DNA from: Pristiophorus japonicus
Taxonomy: Eukaryota
Reading direction: 5' to 3'
Assembly: GCF_044704955.1 (NCBI RefSeq)
Contig: NW_027254533.1
Location: 1-64,000 of the forward strand
Length of the DNA stretch: 64,000 nucleotides
In this document: positions 1 to 11,879 of the stretch, piece after piece
Layout: each line of letters starts with the position of its first letter
Numbering within the stretch: position 1 is the first letter of the stretch
Position numbers and translations under genes: made by a program
The notes under the pieces: model-generated
Told to the model about the DNA's origin: nothing
The model's database searches: none
Seen by the model: only the letters and a program-made list of their open reading frames with translations

Positions 1-1140
1 TGCCACCACCATCCTTTCAGGCAGTGCTTTCCAGATCATAACCACTAGCTGCATAACAAAGTTATTCCTCAAGTCGCCTTTGGTTCTTTTTCCAGTCCAC
101 TTAAATCTGTGTCCTCTTGTTCTCGAACCTTCCGCCAATGGGAAGAGTTTCGCCCTGTCTTTTCTGTCCCGAACCCTCATGATTTTGAACACCTCTATCA
201 AATGTCCTCTCAAGGTTCACTGCACCAGAGAACAACTCCAGCTTCTCCAGTCTATGCACGTAAATGAAATCCCTCATCCCTGTAACCATTGTTCTAATTT
301 TTCTGCACTCTCTCGAAGGCCTTCACATCCTTCCTAAAGTGTGATGCACAGCATTGGATACAACATCCAGTTGAGCACGAACCAGTGTTTTATAGAGGAT
401 TATCTTAACTTCCATGCTTTGGTACGCTATGCCTCTATTTATGAAGCCCAGGATGGCGATTGTTGTTTTAACTGCTTTCTCAACCTGCCACTCTTAACGA
501 TTTGTGAACGTGTATCCCAGGTCTCTCTGTTCATGCACGCCCTTTAGGATTGTACCCTTTAATTATACTGCTTCTCCTCGTTCTTCCTACCAAAATGTTA
601 CACTTCACACTTATCTGCATTGGATTTCATCTGCCACTGGTCCGCCCATTCCAACAGACTGTGGTGCCCTTTTGAAGTCTATCACTGTCCGCGTCAATGT
701 TCACCATACTTCTAAGTTTTGTGTCGTCTGTAAATTTTGCAATTGAGACAAGTACACCCAAGTCCAATTCATTAATATATATCAAGAAAAGCAACGTTCC
801 TGATAAAGACTCCTGGGTAACACTGATATCAGTCAGAAACACATTCCATTCATCACTAATCCCTCTTTCCTGTCATTCAGCTAATTTGGTACCCATGCTG
901 CAACTTTCCCTCTTACTCCATGGGCTTCTACTTTGCAGGCAAACGTATTAGCTGGCACTTCGACTTTTTGGAAGTTCATGTATACCACATCAACCGCATT
1001 GCCCTCAACTACTCTCTCTGTTACCAACGTAAAAAAACTCAATCAAGTTATTTAAACACAATTTACCTTTAACAACTGCATACTGGCGTCCTTTAATTAA
1101 TCCATACTTGTCCAAGTGACTGTAAATTTTGTCTCTATTT
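1..1140 (-). mobile_element. CR1 LINE ORF2 (RT) 3' fragment, degenerate
   Basis: Minus-strand peptides LLFLIYINELDLGVLVSIAKFTDDTKL (RT catalytic region) and RLEKLELFS (CR1 C-terminal region). Confidence 0.85.
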
Positions 1141-1274
1141 TGCGCAGGATCACAGAGACTGCTGCCATGATCCACCACTCGCAATAGTCCTGAGAGTTAT
1201 GGATCAAGGATATTCAGAGCGGTCTCTACAGGATAACAACTGGTTGTCACATAGTCGCATAATCCTGACTCTAA

Positions 1275-1392
1275 GAAGGAAAGAAAGAAAGTACTGGATT
1301 TATATAGCACCTTTTACAACGAGTGGATGTCTCAAAGCGCTTTACAGCCAGTGAAATACTTTTTGAAAGTGTAGTCACTGTTGTAATGCAGT
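1275..1392 (-). mobile_element. 3' tail fragment of a DeuSINE/L2-type element
   Basis: The reverse complement resembles the tail at 30360-30450 (CTTCAAAAGTA..TTCA.TGGCTGTAAAGCGCTTTGAGAC...GGTGCTATATAAAT) and ends in (TTTC)n. Confidence 0.65.
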
Positions 1393-1542
1393 GAGCCGAT
1401 GGTGATTCATGAGAGCACGATAGAATGGAAAAGTATCTGTTAGCATTGGTTTGATAATACTACTCTGAGGAAACAAACCGCCGGCAGTACTGAAATAAGG
1501 CCCTCTGATTAAAATATAATCTTAATTACACGCAAATCAGTT

Positions 1543-1632
1543 GTACGATTTCTCACACATGGATGTCAAGATGTACGATATCGCGCATGTGGATGTCGAG
1601 ATATTCAATTTCTCAGACTTGGATGTCGAGAT
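1543..1632. repeat. 30-bp tandem repeat, 3 copies
   Basis: GTACGATTTCTCACACATGGATGTCAAGAT / GTACGATATCGCGCATGTGGATGTCGAGAT / ATTCAATTTCTCAGACTTGGATGTCGAGAT. Confidence 0.8.
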
Positions 1633-1741
1633 GGGCCATGTTATTATGGCTGATGGAGCTGGACAAAGCTGGTTCACAACTGACAGGACAGGATGGCCCA
1701 CTGGGTGTGATGTAATGCAGAATTAACACGAAAATACATTT

Positions 1742-4622
1742 TTATAATTTGATTAATTTTATAATGAGATTCATTGGATATTTCAGCGCATCCATTAACT
1801 CCTCTCTGAATTTACTCTGGATCACTGAATAAATACACGTGTTTGTGCAGGAACTCAAAAGCTGAAGACTATTTCCGGTTTCTTGGAGAATACATTTTGG
1901 GTCTTTGAAATTGGAACCTGAGAAATAATTATTCTTTGTAATTCGGACATACAAGAAATTTACAACGTACACTGTCCATAATAGGATGAAACTGCCCGAG
2001 ATGGTAAAGTGTAAAACGATTAATTTTCTCCGGCTCTCCAACTCTGGGTCGCTTTGATTCTCTCCATTGCTGTGGGCCCGGAGCCTTCTGCGGGCTCTGC
2101 TCGTCGCTAGAATATGTCTGACGGTCAGAGCATTGAGCAGCAATATCAGGAGAAAGGGGAGTCATGGCGTTAAAATTCTGTCAAGCCAGTCATATACTAT
2201 CCATAGAGGAGAACGATAAAATATTACTTTGATGTTACATAACCATGGGACATTGTAAGTTATGAACATAGGTTCATAAGTGAGATAAGAAGTGATGTTT
2301 TTTTAAACAGCCAGGGCACCGACCATGACTATAATCAGAGCCGCACTTTTCTCAGTGCAATATTTTGTTTTCAGTTTCTGGCATCATATCGCCACAAATC
2401 GATCGAAGGTGAAAGCGACTGTAAACCAGATGGAACTATCCGTGGCTACATAAATTAGGATAGATGTTATAGTACAGCCTGGAGTAGTGGACAGCAGACT
2501 AAATTGAAAATAAAATCCACTGATCCGGTTTAATATCACAGCGGTGATAATGACCAGGAGATCTGCCACTGCCATGGACAGCAGGTACCAAGTGATACAT
2601 CTGGAAAGACCGCACTTTCCTCGGGACAGGATCACAATTATCACCAAGTTAGCTGCAGGAAATAGACATAAAAGAAAACAGTAACATTAAGTATCACTCC
2701 TCCTTGATGTTTATTTATTTTGATCATATTTCAGCCTCGCGATGGGAATGATTCAGTGACCTGTCAGCAGAGATTGATCTGTTAAGATTTGAATAATGTT
2801 TGAGGAAGGGAAGCAGGAACAGCGAAAGTGAAGGAGCGTAGGCGGACTAAAGCAATGAATAAGGAGCAGGACAGTGAGAACAGGCCAAGGAGTTTTAGGT
2901 GCAACTTCGTGACTACAACCGTTTATCGTTCACTGATTGCCATCCATTTAATGACTCAGAATATCCCTTCAATAATTGCATGGCTAAAATCACACGTCAA
3001 TCATGCAATCATTCAATCAGTTCAGAAATTCGATCATATAGACTCATAGATTCATAGAAGCTTACAGCACGGAAGGAGGCCATTTAAGGCCCTCGACCAA
3101 CAAGAAGCTTTCCAGCTTAATCACACGTTCCAGCTCTAGGTCTGTAATCCTGCAGGTTACGGCACCTATGGTGCATATCCAAGTACTTTTTAAATGTGGT
3201 GAGGGGTTCTGCCTCTACCATCCTTTCAGGCAGTGAGTTCCAGAACACTCTGCATGAAGAAATTCCCCTCAAATACCCTTTAAAACTTTTAATTATTTTA
3301 AATTGATGTATCCTGGTTGTTGATCCCTCTGCTAATGGCAATAGACCCTTTCTATCCACTATATCTAGGCCCGTCATAACTTTATACACATCAATGAAGT
3401 TTCCCCTCTGTTCCAAGAAAAACAAATCCAGCCTATCCAATCTGTCCTCGTGGCTAATATTCCCCACTACCGGCAACATGCTCGTAAATCTCCAGTTCAA
3501 TCATCTCCTTCCTGCAATGCGGTGACCAGAACTGCACACAATACTTCAGCTGTGGCCTAACCAGTGTTTTATACAGTTGACGCATAAGCCCCCCCTGCTC
3601 TTGAATTTTATGCCGCGGCTAATAAATGCAAGCTTTAATTATGCCTTATTAATCACCTTATCTATCTGTCCTGCTAACTTCAGGGATCTGTGGACATGCA
3701 CTCCAACGTCTCTTTGTCCCTCGACACTTCTCAGTGAACCATTTAATGTGTATTCCCTTTCCTTGTCAAACTTCCCCAAATGCATTACCTCACAAACCTC
3801 TGGATTAAATTCAATTTGCCACTGTTCTGCCCACCTGACCCGTTGATAGACATTTTCCTGCTGTCTGCACCTTTATTCTTCATTATCAACCACACAGTTG
3901 ATTTTAGTATCGTTTCAACGCAATAGTCAGAAATAGATGCATTTTAAATACCCTTTACACGCATCATTTCTGGACATTTGTCCGTCGACAGCATTTGTGA
4001 ACCTGTGTTTGATCACCAGAATTAACTGTACTGATAAAAAGTGGCGGGAAATACATATCAAGACACACATTATTGACCGATCATTGTCGCATCGGTTCAC
4101 TTCAGATTTTTGCATCAGTCACACGATTCTTACTTTTTAAAAATAACGACTTTTGGACTTGAACAGAGATTATTAGCTGAAGGCACTGCGAATATAGATC
4201 TGGGACAGGAAGTCACGCTGATGCAGAATAATGTTGTAATAAATTTTGCTTTGGACACCCGGGGAACTTTACAATTCCAATAAAATGTCACACTGAACAG
4301 GGATACAGAAGACACATACTCTGACTCAGGGAGATTTGAAATGAGACCAGAAAACCTGGAAGGTCAAGCAACATCTGTGGAGAGAGAAAATGAGTTAATG
4401 TATCAGATCAGTGATCTTTCATCAGAACACAATGAACAAAGCGGCTGTGAAGCAAAATCTCGAAACACAAAATGCCAAATCGGGTAAAGATGCAGATCAT
4501 CAGCAGAAACCGTGATATCCTTAACAACCAATGACTTGCTGTAATACCTTACCTGGAACACCGACAGCAGCGAGAAGCGGATAGTAAATGGCAAGTATTG
4601 GACTGTTTCCAGGAGCGTGCAT
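1742..4622 (-). pseudogene. Two-exon rhodopsin-class GPCR pseudogene, GPR139/GPR142-like (chondrichthyan-expanded family)
   Basis: Exon 1 (4622-4553) encodes MHAPGNSPILAIYYPLLAAVGVP and ends at a phase-1 donor G|GTAAG. Exon 2 (2652-1742) follows acceptor CCTGCAG and reads ANLVIIVILSRGKCGLS..MAVADLL..FTFDRFVAI..SSCTNTCIY. There are in-frame stops at 2386-2384, 2305-2303 and 2164-2162. Confidence 0.9.
3040..3915 (-). mobile_element. CR1 LINE 3' fragment (inside the GPCR intron)
   Basis: ORF 3117-3500 reads EDRLDRLDLFFLE..WNSLPERMVEAE..FKKYLD; a short tail repeat lies at about 3045. Confidence 0.9.
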
Positions 4623-4975
4623 TCTCAGTGAGAAACGAATTGCTGGAGACAGTAGCTCCAATATGAGTTGTGGCTCATTCTAATGATCCCTTAGTTATAC
4701 CGAATGTTAATCCCTAGTGAGCCAATCAGATTATGCAATTTTATTGTGAGCTACGGTCATTGAAACAAACAAATTAAGGCAGCCATTTTCGAGTTCACCT
4801 TTTCTACATTACAATAACTTCCAATGAATATTGCACCATGTGGCAGGGGAAAAAAGACTTCCATATCTTTCCAAGGAAAATATAATGTAAATCTCCATCT
4901 GGACATTCGAAGATGGCATAAAACCATACACAGCATAGAGGTCCGAGTTCAATTCCTGGTGTTTTCTTTTGAACT

Positions 4976-5282
4976 ATGGGGCACAGTCTCAGGATAAGGG
5001 GAAGCCCATTTAGGATCGAGATGAGGAGGAATTTCTTCACTCAGAGGGTTGTGAATCTTTTGAATTCTCGGCCTCATCGGGCTGTGGATCCCGAATCTCT
5101 GAATATATTCAAGACTGAGGTAGATAGATTTTTGGAGTCTATGGGGAATCTGGGGATATGAAGATTGTGCAGGAAAGTGGAGTTGAGTTCGATGATCAAT
5201 CATGAATTTATTGAATGGCAGAGCAAGCTCGAGAGGCATAGGGCCTACTCCTGCTCCTATTTCTAATGGTTTGTTATGTTCC
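4976..5282 (+). mobile_element. 5'-truncated CR1 3' end
   Basis: GHSLRIRGSPFRIEMRRNFFTQRVVNL followed by the CR1 3' UTR (GGCCTACTCCTGCTCCTAT). Confidence 0.9.
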
Positions 5283-5689
5283 TTAATCAGACCCAAATTA
5301 TCTCAATGGGAGAAAGCAGTTGTGCGATCTAATGATAACTTTTGTCTCCCATCCTGCAATAAAGCAGTCATAGTGTAGTAGGTGGTGCTATCTTTGGACA
5401 GAGCACCCCTTGTTCTGCAGCAAACCGTCATACGGCAGAAGGGGTGCGAAAATTATAAAGCACATCCCTCATCATCCGATAAATCAATAATCGGGATGGT
5501 ACAACGAGACAGACAAATAAGATGTAAACAGAAACGTGTTTTATCAATTAAAAAATGCAATACTCAAATAAACAGGGTTGAATACAGGAAACAGCTAAAG
5601 AAAATGATGGCTGCTATCACATCATCAAACACTAATGGACTAATGGTTTGTAGACAACTGTGGCAGTAATGGGATCAGCATTTTTCTTT

Positions 5690-7592
5690 ACGTGGTGAAT
5701 CAGAGACTTATCAAAGATTGTATTGGGCCACTGAAGGGTGTTCAAGGGCAGGTTTCAAAGGAATCACTAAGAATGGTGGAAATATTACATTTGTACTTTG
5801 CATCAGTCTTCACCCTTGAAAATGATTCTCGATTTTAGAATTTAATTCTACTAGTTTTGTTAGCAGCATTACCAAAGATAAAAACGTTAGGGTAAAAATA
5901 ATTAAGAACTTGAAAATAGACAGAGCAGCCGCGCTGGATGATATCCACCTGATGGTCCTCTGGGAGATAAGACATGAGCTGTGAGAGCTGCTGGCCTGTA
6001 TTTATAATAGCTCACTGCTCTCTTGAATGGTTCCTACAGATTGGATGGAGACTAATGCAGACCCCATTTTTGAAATAGGTGACAAGACAGACTCGGGCAA
6101 CTATAGGCCCATCAGTTTAACATCAGTAATATGTAAGATGCTTGAAGCAAACATAAGGGATTTAAGAATACTTGGATAGGGAGGGACATTTTCGGCATAC
6201 TAATATGACTTCATAAAAAAGAGGTAGTATCTCACAAATCTAATTGTATTTTTTGAAACAGTTACGAAGTTTGTGGATCAGGGAAGCCCAGTAGACATTG
6301 TCCACTCAGATTTCCCAAAACATTTTGAAAAATACCGAACAAAAGGCTTTTGTATAAGACCGGAGCCTCTGGTATACGTTGAAATATATTGAGTTGGATT
6401 CAGAACTGGCTGGCAGGAAACAGTCAAAAAGTAATAATTGATGGATTTGAATCTGATTGTAGACTAGTCACCCGTGGTGTCCCGCAGGGGTCAGTGTTGG
6501 GTATATTGTGTTTTACTATTTTTAATAATGATCTAGATTTTGGGATTGCGCGCAAAACTTTTAAATTTGCAGATGATACCAAGATCTGAGTGAGATTTTG
6601 AATTATAGCAGATGCTCGACTGCTTCAGGCAGATCTTAATGTGCTGTTAGATTATGCTCAAGGCTGGAAAATTATGTACAACTTAGATAAGTGCATATTT
6701 ATGCATGTAGTTAGGGCAAATGTTCACATTCTTACACCCTCCAGGGAAAGGTATTAAAGTTGGCGCAGATAGAAATGGAATTGCGCATTCTAGTACATAC
6801 ATCCTTAAAGTTACATGAGCAATGCCGTGCAGTGATAGTTACAGCAAATAAGGCATCGGGGTGTATCCAAATGACTTTTGATTATAATAGGACGTATACT
6901 GTTATGTCCTTGAACAAGGCGTTAATCAGACCGAGCTTTGAATACTGTGTCCAGTTTTGTCCTCCTCACATGATCGGTGATATTGACACTCTGAAAAGAA
7001 GAACAAGAGGGTCACGAGGCTATTTCCAAGTATAAAGCATTTTAATTACCAATATAGGTTGAATGAGTTGGTACTCAATTCCTTAGATCAGCGTAGACTT
7101 AGGGGGGATCTGATTGAGGTTTATATAATAATGAAGGAAATAGAAGGTTTTCCAACCGATAGTTAATTTCAATTAAATAGGTTAGGTTGGAACAGGTATC
7201 ACACATTTAAGTTGTATAGGACTAGATCTAGGTTAGATGTCAGGAGGTGGATCTTTTCCCAGAAGATAGTAGATCACTGTACAATCTGTCGTTTCATGCA
7301 ATGAATGCAGACTCACTGAATTCCTCAAGTGAAAGCAGGATTTGTTTCTGGCTGCGGTAGAGATCACATGTTACAGAAGGGAGGTACTGCAGGGAATTCA
7401 AGGCCAGAGTAATCACCTGGACTAGTTTCGATCATCTAGATGGATCAGAGAAGAATTTGCCAAATTTCTTCCCCCAAATTGGCCTGGGTTTTTAATCAGA
7501 CTTTTGCTACTTCCAGGAGATCACATGGTTTCGGGCGGCGTGGGACAGGCTCAATGGACCAGATGGTCTTAACCTTTCCATCATTGCATGTA
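5690..7592 (+). mobile_element. Old, divergent CR1 ORF2 fragment
   Basis: GNYRPISLTS-like motif at about 6095; [21 protein letters not shown]; LIRPSFEYCVQF. Confidence 0.85.
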
Positions 7593-7967
7593 TGCTCGTA
7601 TCTTTGTTTGTAGAGTGTCCGTTCTCTTGCAGTAAATCTGTCATATGGCAGTGGGCGTTGCTAAATGTCTACAGAGCGTCGTTTGTCTTGCGTCAAATCA
7701 GTCAGAGGGAGGCAGGGGGCGCAACAATTATTAAAGAACATACTATTCCATGCGTTAAAAAATTAAGAAAGCAGTAGGGGGCGCTACAATTATAAACGAA
7801 TAAAGATATTGAAAAAGAGATNNNNNNNNNNNNNNNNNNNNNNNNNNNNNNNNNNNNNNNNNNNNNNNNNNNNNNNNNNNNNNNNNNNNNNNNNNNNNNN
7901 NNNNNNNNNNNNNNNNNNNNNNNNNNNNNNNNNNNNNNNNNNNNNNNNNNNNNNNNNNNNNNNNNNN

Positions 7968-8225
7968 AGAGAGGGATAATCTGCCAGATAGGCAGATAGA
8001 AAGATAGACAGACAGCCAAATAGATTGATAGTTACATAGATCGACTGATACATACATAGATAGATAGACAGACATACCGACAGACAGACTGATAGACAGA
8101 CTGACAGACTGACTAACAGATAGATAGTTAGACAGATAGACAAAGAGGGCTAGAAGAATCTATAGATATATAGACAGACTGAAAGATAGATATTGATAGG
8201 GCACACAGATAGCTCGGTAGATAGG
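7968..8225. repeat. (GATA/GACA)n microsatellite flanking an N-gap
   Basis: Seen directly in the sequence. Confidence 0.85.
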
Positions 8226-8689
8226 TAAATATCATGTTGAAAGCAACATATTAATGAAAAGAATGTCCTTGAAGAGAAAATGAGCGCTGTTTGCAGTTCG
8301 AGTTGTGTGTGTGGAAAAGTTACAATTTCAAAATCAAGTTATGGAAATCTCATTTTGTACTGACATGTAATGCACTGCATGGTGGGACTGGTGACCAGAG
8401 TCTGCAATAACATAATGCAGGAGAGGGGCGAGGGTCAGGAGATGGAAACAGCAGGGTGTATTGACACTTGATAAATGTACATTTGGCACACTGTAATTAA
8501 AGAATGTAAACAACTTGCTCATCCAGTCTGAATCAGACCGACCTTCATCTCCTTTCCTTGTTGCTGGATGTGATGCTATGTCTCAGGATCAAGTGGACAC
8601 TATCGCAACAGTCCTTAAAACCGTGGATGTACATTACGAGTCACATCAGAAATTATATTCAAATGAAAATCAGTGAGGCACAATGCAGG

Positions 8690-9105
8690 GATACATAATA
8701 ACATAAAAAATCGGAGCAGCAAGAGGCCATTTGGCCCTGCGAGTCTCTCCGCCCTTCAGTAAGGTAATGGCTGATCTTGTACCTCAACTGCACTTTCCAG
8801 CACTATCAAGAATCCCTTGATTCACTTATTATCCGACAATCTATCGACATGTGCATTGAATATACTGAACGAGTATGCCTCCACTGCCCTCTTGAGCAGA
8901 GAATTCCAAAGAATCACCCCCCATGTGAAGACATTTCTTTTCATCTAAGTCCTGGTTTATCCTGAGATAGTGAAAGCCTAGTTCTAGCCTCTCCTGCCAG
9001 ATCTTCCCTGCGTCTACCCCGTAAAGCCCTGGATGAATGTTGTAGTTTTTATATGACATTTTATTCTTCGTAACTCAAGAGGATATAGGAGAAGTCTACT
9101 CAATC
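8690..9105 (-). mobile_element. Degenerate CR1 3' end
   Basis: Reverse-complement CR1 3' UTR (GGCCATTTGGCCC..ATGGCTGATCT) and remnants of the ORF2 C-terminus. Confidence 0.7.
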
Positions 9106-9570
9106 NNNNNNNNNNNNNNNNNNNNNNNNNNNNNNNNNNNNNNNNNNNNNNNNNNNNNNNNNNNNNNNNNNNNNNNNNNNNNNNNNNNNNNNNNNNNNNN
9201 NNNNNNNNNNNNNNNNNNNNNNNNNNNNNNNNNNNNNNNNNNNNNNNNNNNNNNNNNNNNNNNNNNNNNNNNNNNNNNNNNNNNNNNNNNNNNNNNNNNN
9301 NNNNNNNNNNNNNNNNNNNNNNNNNNNNNNNNNNNNNNNNNNNNNNNNNNNNNNNNNNNNNNNNNNNNNNNNNNNNNNNNNNNNNNNNNNNNNNNNNNNN
9401 NNNNNNNNNNNNNNNNNNNNNNNNNNNNNNNNNNNNNNNNNNNNNNNNNNNNNNNNNNNNNNNNNNNNNNNNNNNNNNNNNNNNNNNNNNNNNNNNNNNN
9501 NNNNNNNNNNNNNNNNNNNNNNNNNNNNNNNNNNNNNNNNNNNNNNNNNNNNNNNNNNNNNNNNNNNNNN

Positions 9571-10290
9571 NAACAGGGACTAAGAGGCACCCGTCACCGT
9601 GCAGATATTACCATGAGGGTTTCAGACTGAGACACCAGTCGATGTACTGATATGTCCCTGAGGAAGGAAGTCATATGGATACCAATCAATGTCGAGATCT
9701 CCCCCTGAAGGAGAGGGAGTGAGAGAAATCAGTCAATGTACAGATATCTCCCTGTGGAGTGGAACTGAGGGACATCAGTCAATATTCTGATATCTCCATG
9801 AAGGAGAGGGACAGAGATAAACCGTCCATTGTACAGATAGCTCCTCAGGACATCAGACAGAGAGACACCCGTCAGTGTCCAGATATCTCTTGAGTATGCA
9901 GTTATAGCCATGAGGGATAGGGGAATGAGGACAACAGTCGATATATTGATACCTCCATGCTGGAAAGGGATGGAGAGACACTAGCCAGTGTAGAGCTATC
10001 TCTCTCAGGGAGAGGAGACTGAGATGCCAGGCACTGCACAGATATCTCTTGTGCGAGCAGGGACTGAGGGACACCAGCCAGTCTATAGAAATCTCCCTGA
10101 GTTGGGAAGGGACTGAGAGATACCAGCAGTGTACAAACATTTCTTGAGTGAAAGAGTCTGGGAGACACCAGTCAATGTAAATATGTTTTCCTGCGAGAGA
10201 GGTGGGGGTCATCGAGACATCTGTAAATATACAGTTAACATCGGGAGGGAGTGGGACTTAGATATTAGTCAGTGCCCAGATATCTCGCTT
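9571..10290. repeat. About 49-bp minisatellite, roughly 14 degenerate copies
   Basis: Recurring unit GAGGGACTGAGAGACACCAGTCAATGTACAGATATCTCCC; it abuts a long N-gap. Confidence 0.85.
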
Positions 10291-10449
10291 TCTCACGTAT
10301 AGGATGACATTATTTTCAGTATTTCAATAACTTTAATCATATCCGTCCATTTACAGGATGCAATTTCCTCCTTGATGTGTGAAATTATGCATGCTGGAAC
10401 CTCAGGGATCTCTTGTATCTACTGGTTTCCAAAGATTTCAGAGAGGAAC

Positions 10450-11695
10450 ATCATAGAATCACAAAAGTTTACAGCACGGAAGGAGGCCATTTCCTCCCAT
10501 CGTGACTATGCCGGTCAATCAGAGGCAAACCAGCCAAATCCCACTTCCCATCCTTGGTCCGTAACCCTGCAGGTTACGATACTTCAACTGCACATTCAAG
10601 TACTTTGTAAATGTGGTGAGGGTTACGCCCTATACCACACTTTCAGCCAGTGAGTTCCAGACCTCCGAAACGCTCTGCATTAAGAAATTCCCCTCAAATG
10701 CCCTCTAAACCTTCTACCAATTACTTTAAATTTATGCCCGCTGTAAGTCGACCCCTCTGCTATGGGAAATAGACCCTTTCTATCTATTCTATCTTGGCCC
10801 CTCATAATTGAATACACCTCAATCAGTTCTCCGCTCAGCCTCGTCTGTTCCTAGGAAAACAAATTTAGCCAATCCAATCTGTACTCACAGCTAATATTCT
10901 CCACTGCTACCAATATCCTCCTAAATCGCCTCTATACCCTTTCGAGTGCAATCACGTCCTTCCTGTAATGTGGTGACCAGGACTGCACTCACTACTACAG
11001 CTGTGGCCTAACCAGTATTTTATACAGTTCAAACATAAACCACCTTTCTTGTATGCTTTGCTTTGCCAAATAAAGGCAAGCATTCCGTAAGCCTTCTTAA
11101 CCAGCTTATCTACCTGGTCTATTACCTTCAGGGATCTGTGGACATGCACTTTGGACATCCAAAGTCTCTTTGTTCGTCTACACTTCTCAGTTTCCAACCA
11201 TTTAAAGTGTATTTCCGTTCCTTGATAGCCATCCTCAAATGCATTACCTCACAGTTCTCTGGATTCAATACAAATTTGCACTATTCTGCCCCCCTGACCA
11301 GTTGATTGATATCTTCCTGCATTACGCAACTTCCCTCTTCATTACCAACCATATAGCCAGTTTTAGTATCATCTGCAAACTTCTCAATCATACCCCCATA
11401 TTCAAGTCTAGATCATTGATGTATATCACAAAACGTTGAGATCGAGTACTGAGCCCTGTGGAACCCCACTGGAAAGATCCTTCCAGCCACAAAAACACCC
11501 ATCAACCGTTACCCATTGCTTCCTGCCTCTGAGCCAATTTTTGGTCCAACTTGCCACTTTGCCCTGTATCGCAAGAGTTTTTACTTTTGTGATCAGTTTG
11601 CCATGTGAGACCTTATCAAAAGCCTAGCGAAAATCCATATTCACTACTTCATATGTTTGGCTCTCATCGACCCACCTGGTTAATTTCTCAAAAAG
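10450..11695 (-). mobile_element. CR1 LINE 3' fragment
   Basis: VHVHRSLKV..VKKAYGMLAFI; the GVPQGSVL region is at about 11450; same subfamily tail as the copy at 3045. Confidence 0.9.
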
Positions 11696-11879
11696 GAGGT
11701 AACTTCAACCAGTCAAACCCAGTGAGATCGGATTAACATGGTGGAGAAGCAACTGATAACTTCAACAACAAATAACCTTACATTGCAGTATCAACTGTTT
11801 TTGGAGAATATATCTTTAATTTACCCCATATTTTGATCGGTTGCTCTTTATTATTTGCCACAACATCAAATGGTTAGTT

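Noticed and set aside
2162-2386. TGA codons at Cys positions as possible selenocysteine recoding
   Set aside because: A TAA also interrupts the frame, no SECIS was recognised, and TGY to TGA is a single substitution.
4935-4965. B-box-like GAGTTCAATTCC suggesting a tRNA gene
   Set aside because: No cloverleaf or A box can be built; at most a SINE head remnant.
7702-9590. ORFs containing X runs (also near 28.8, 33.4, 34.3 and 37.8 kb)
   Set aside because: Artefacts of N-gaps and microsatellites.
9571-10290. Regularly spaced repeats superficially like a CRISPR array (also 32020-32800 and 48290-48590)
   Set aside because: These are degenerate head-to-tail units without unique spacers, in vertebrate DNA with no cas genes, so they are minisatellites.
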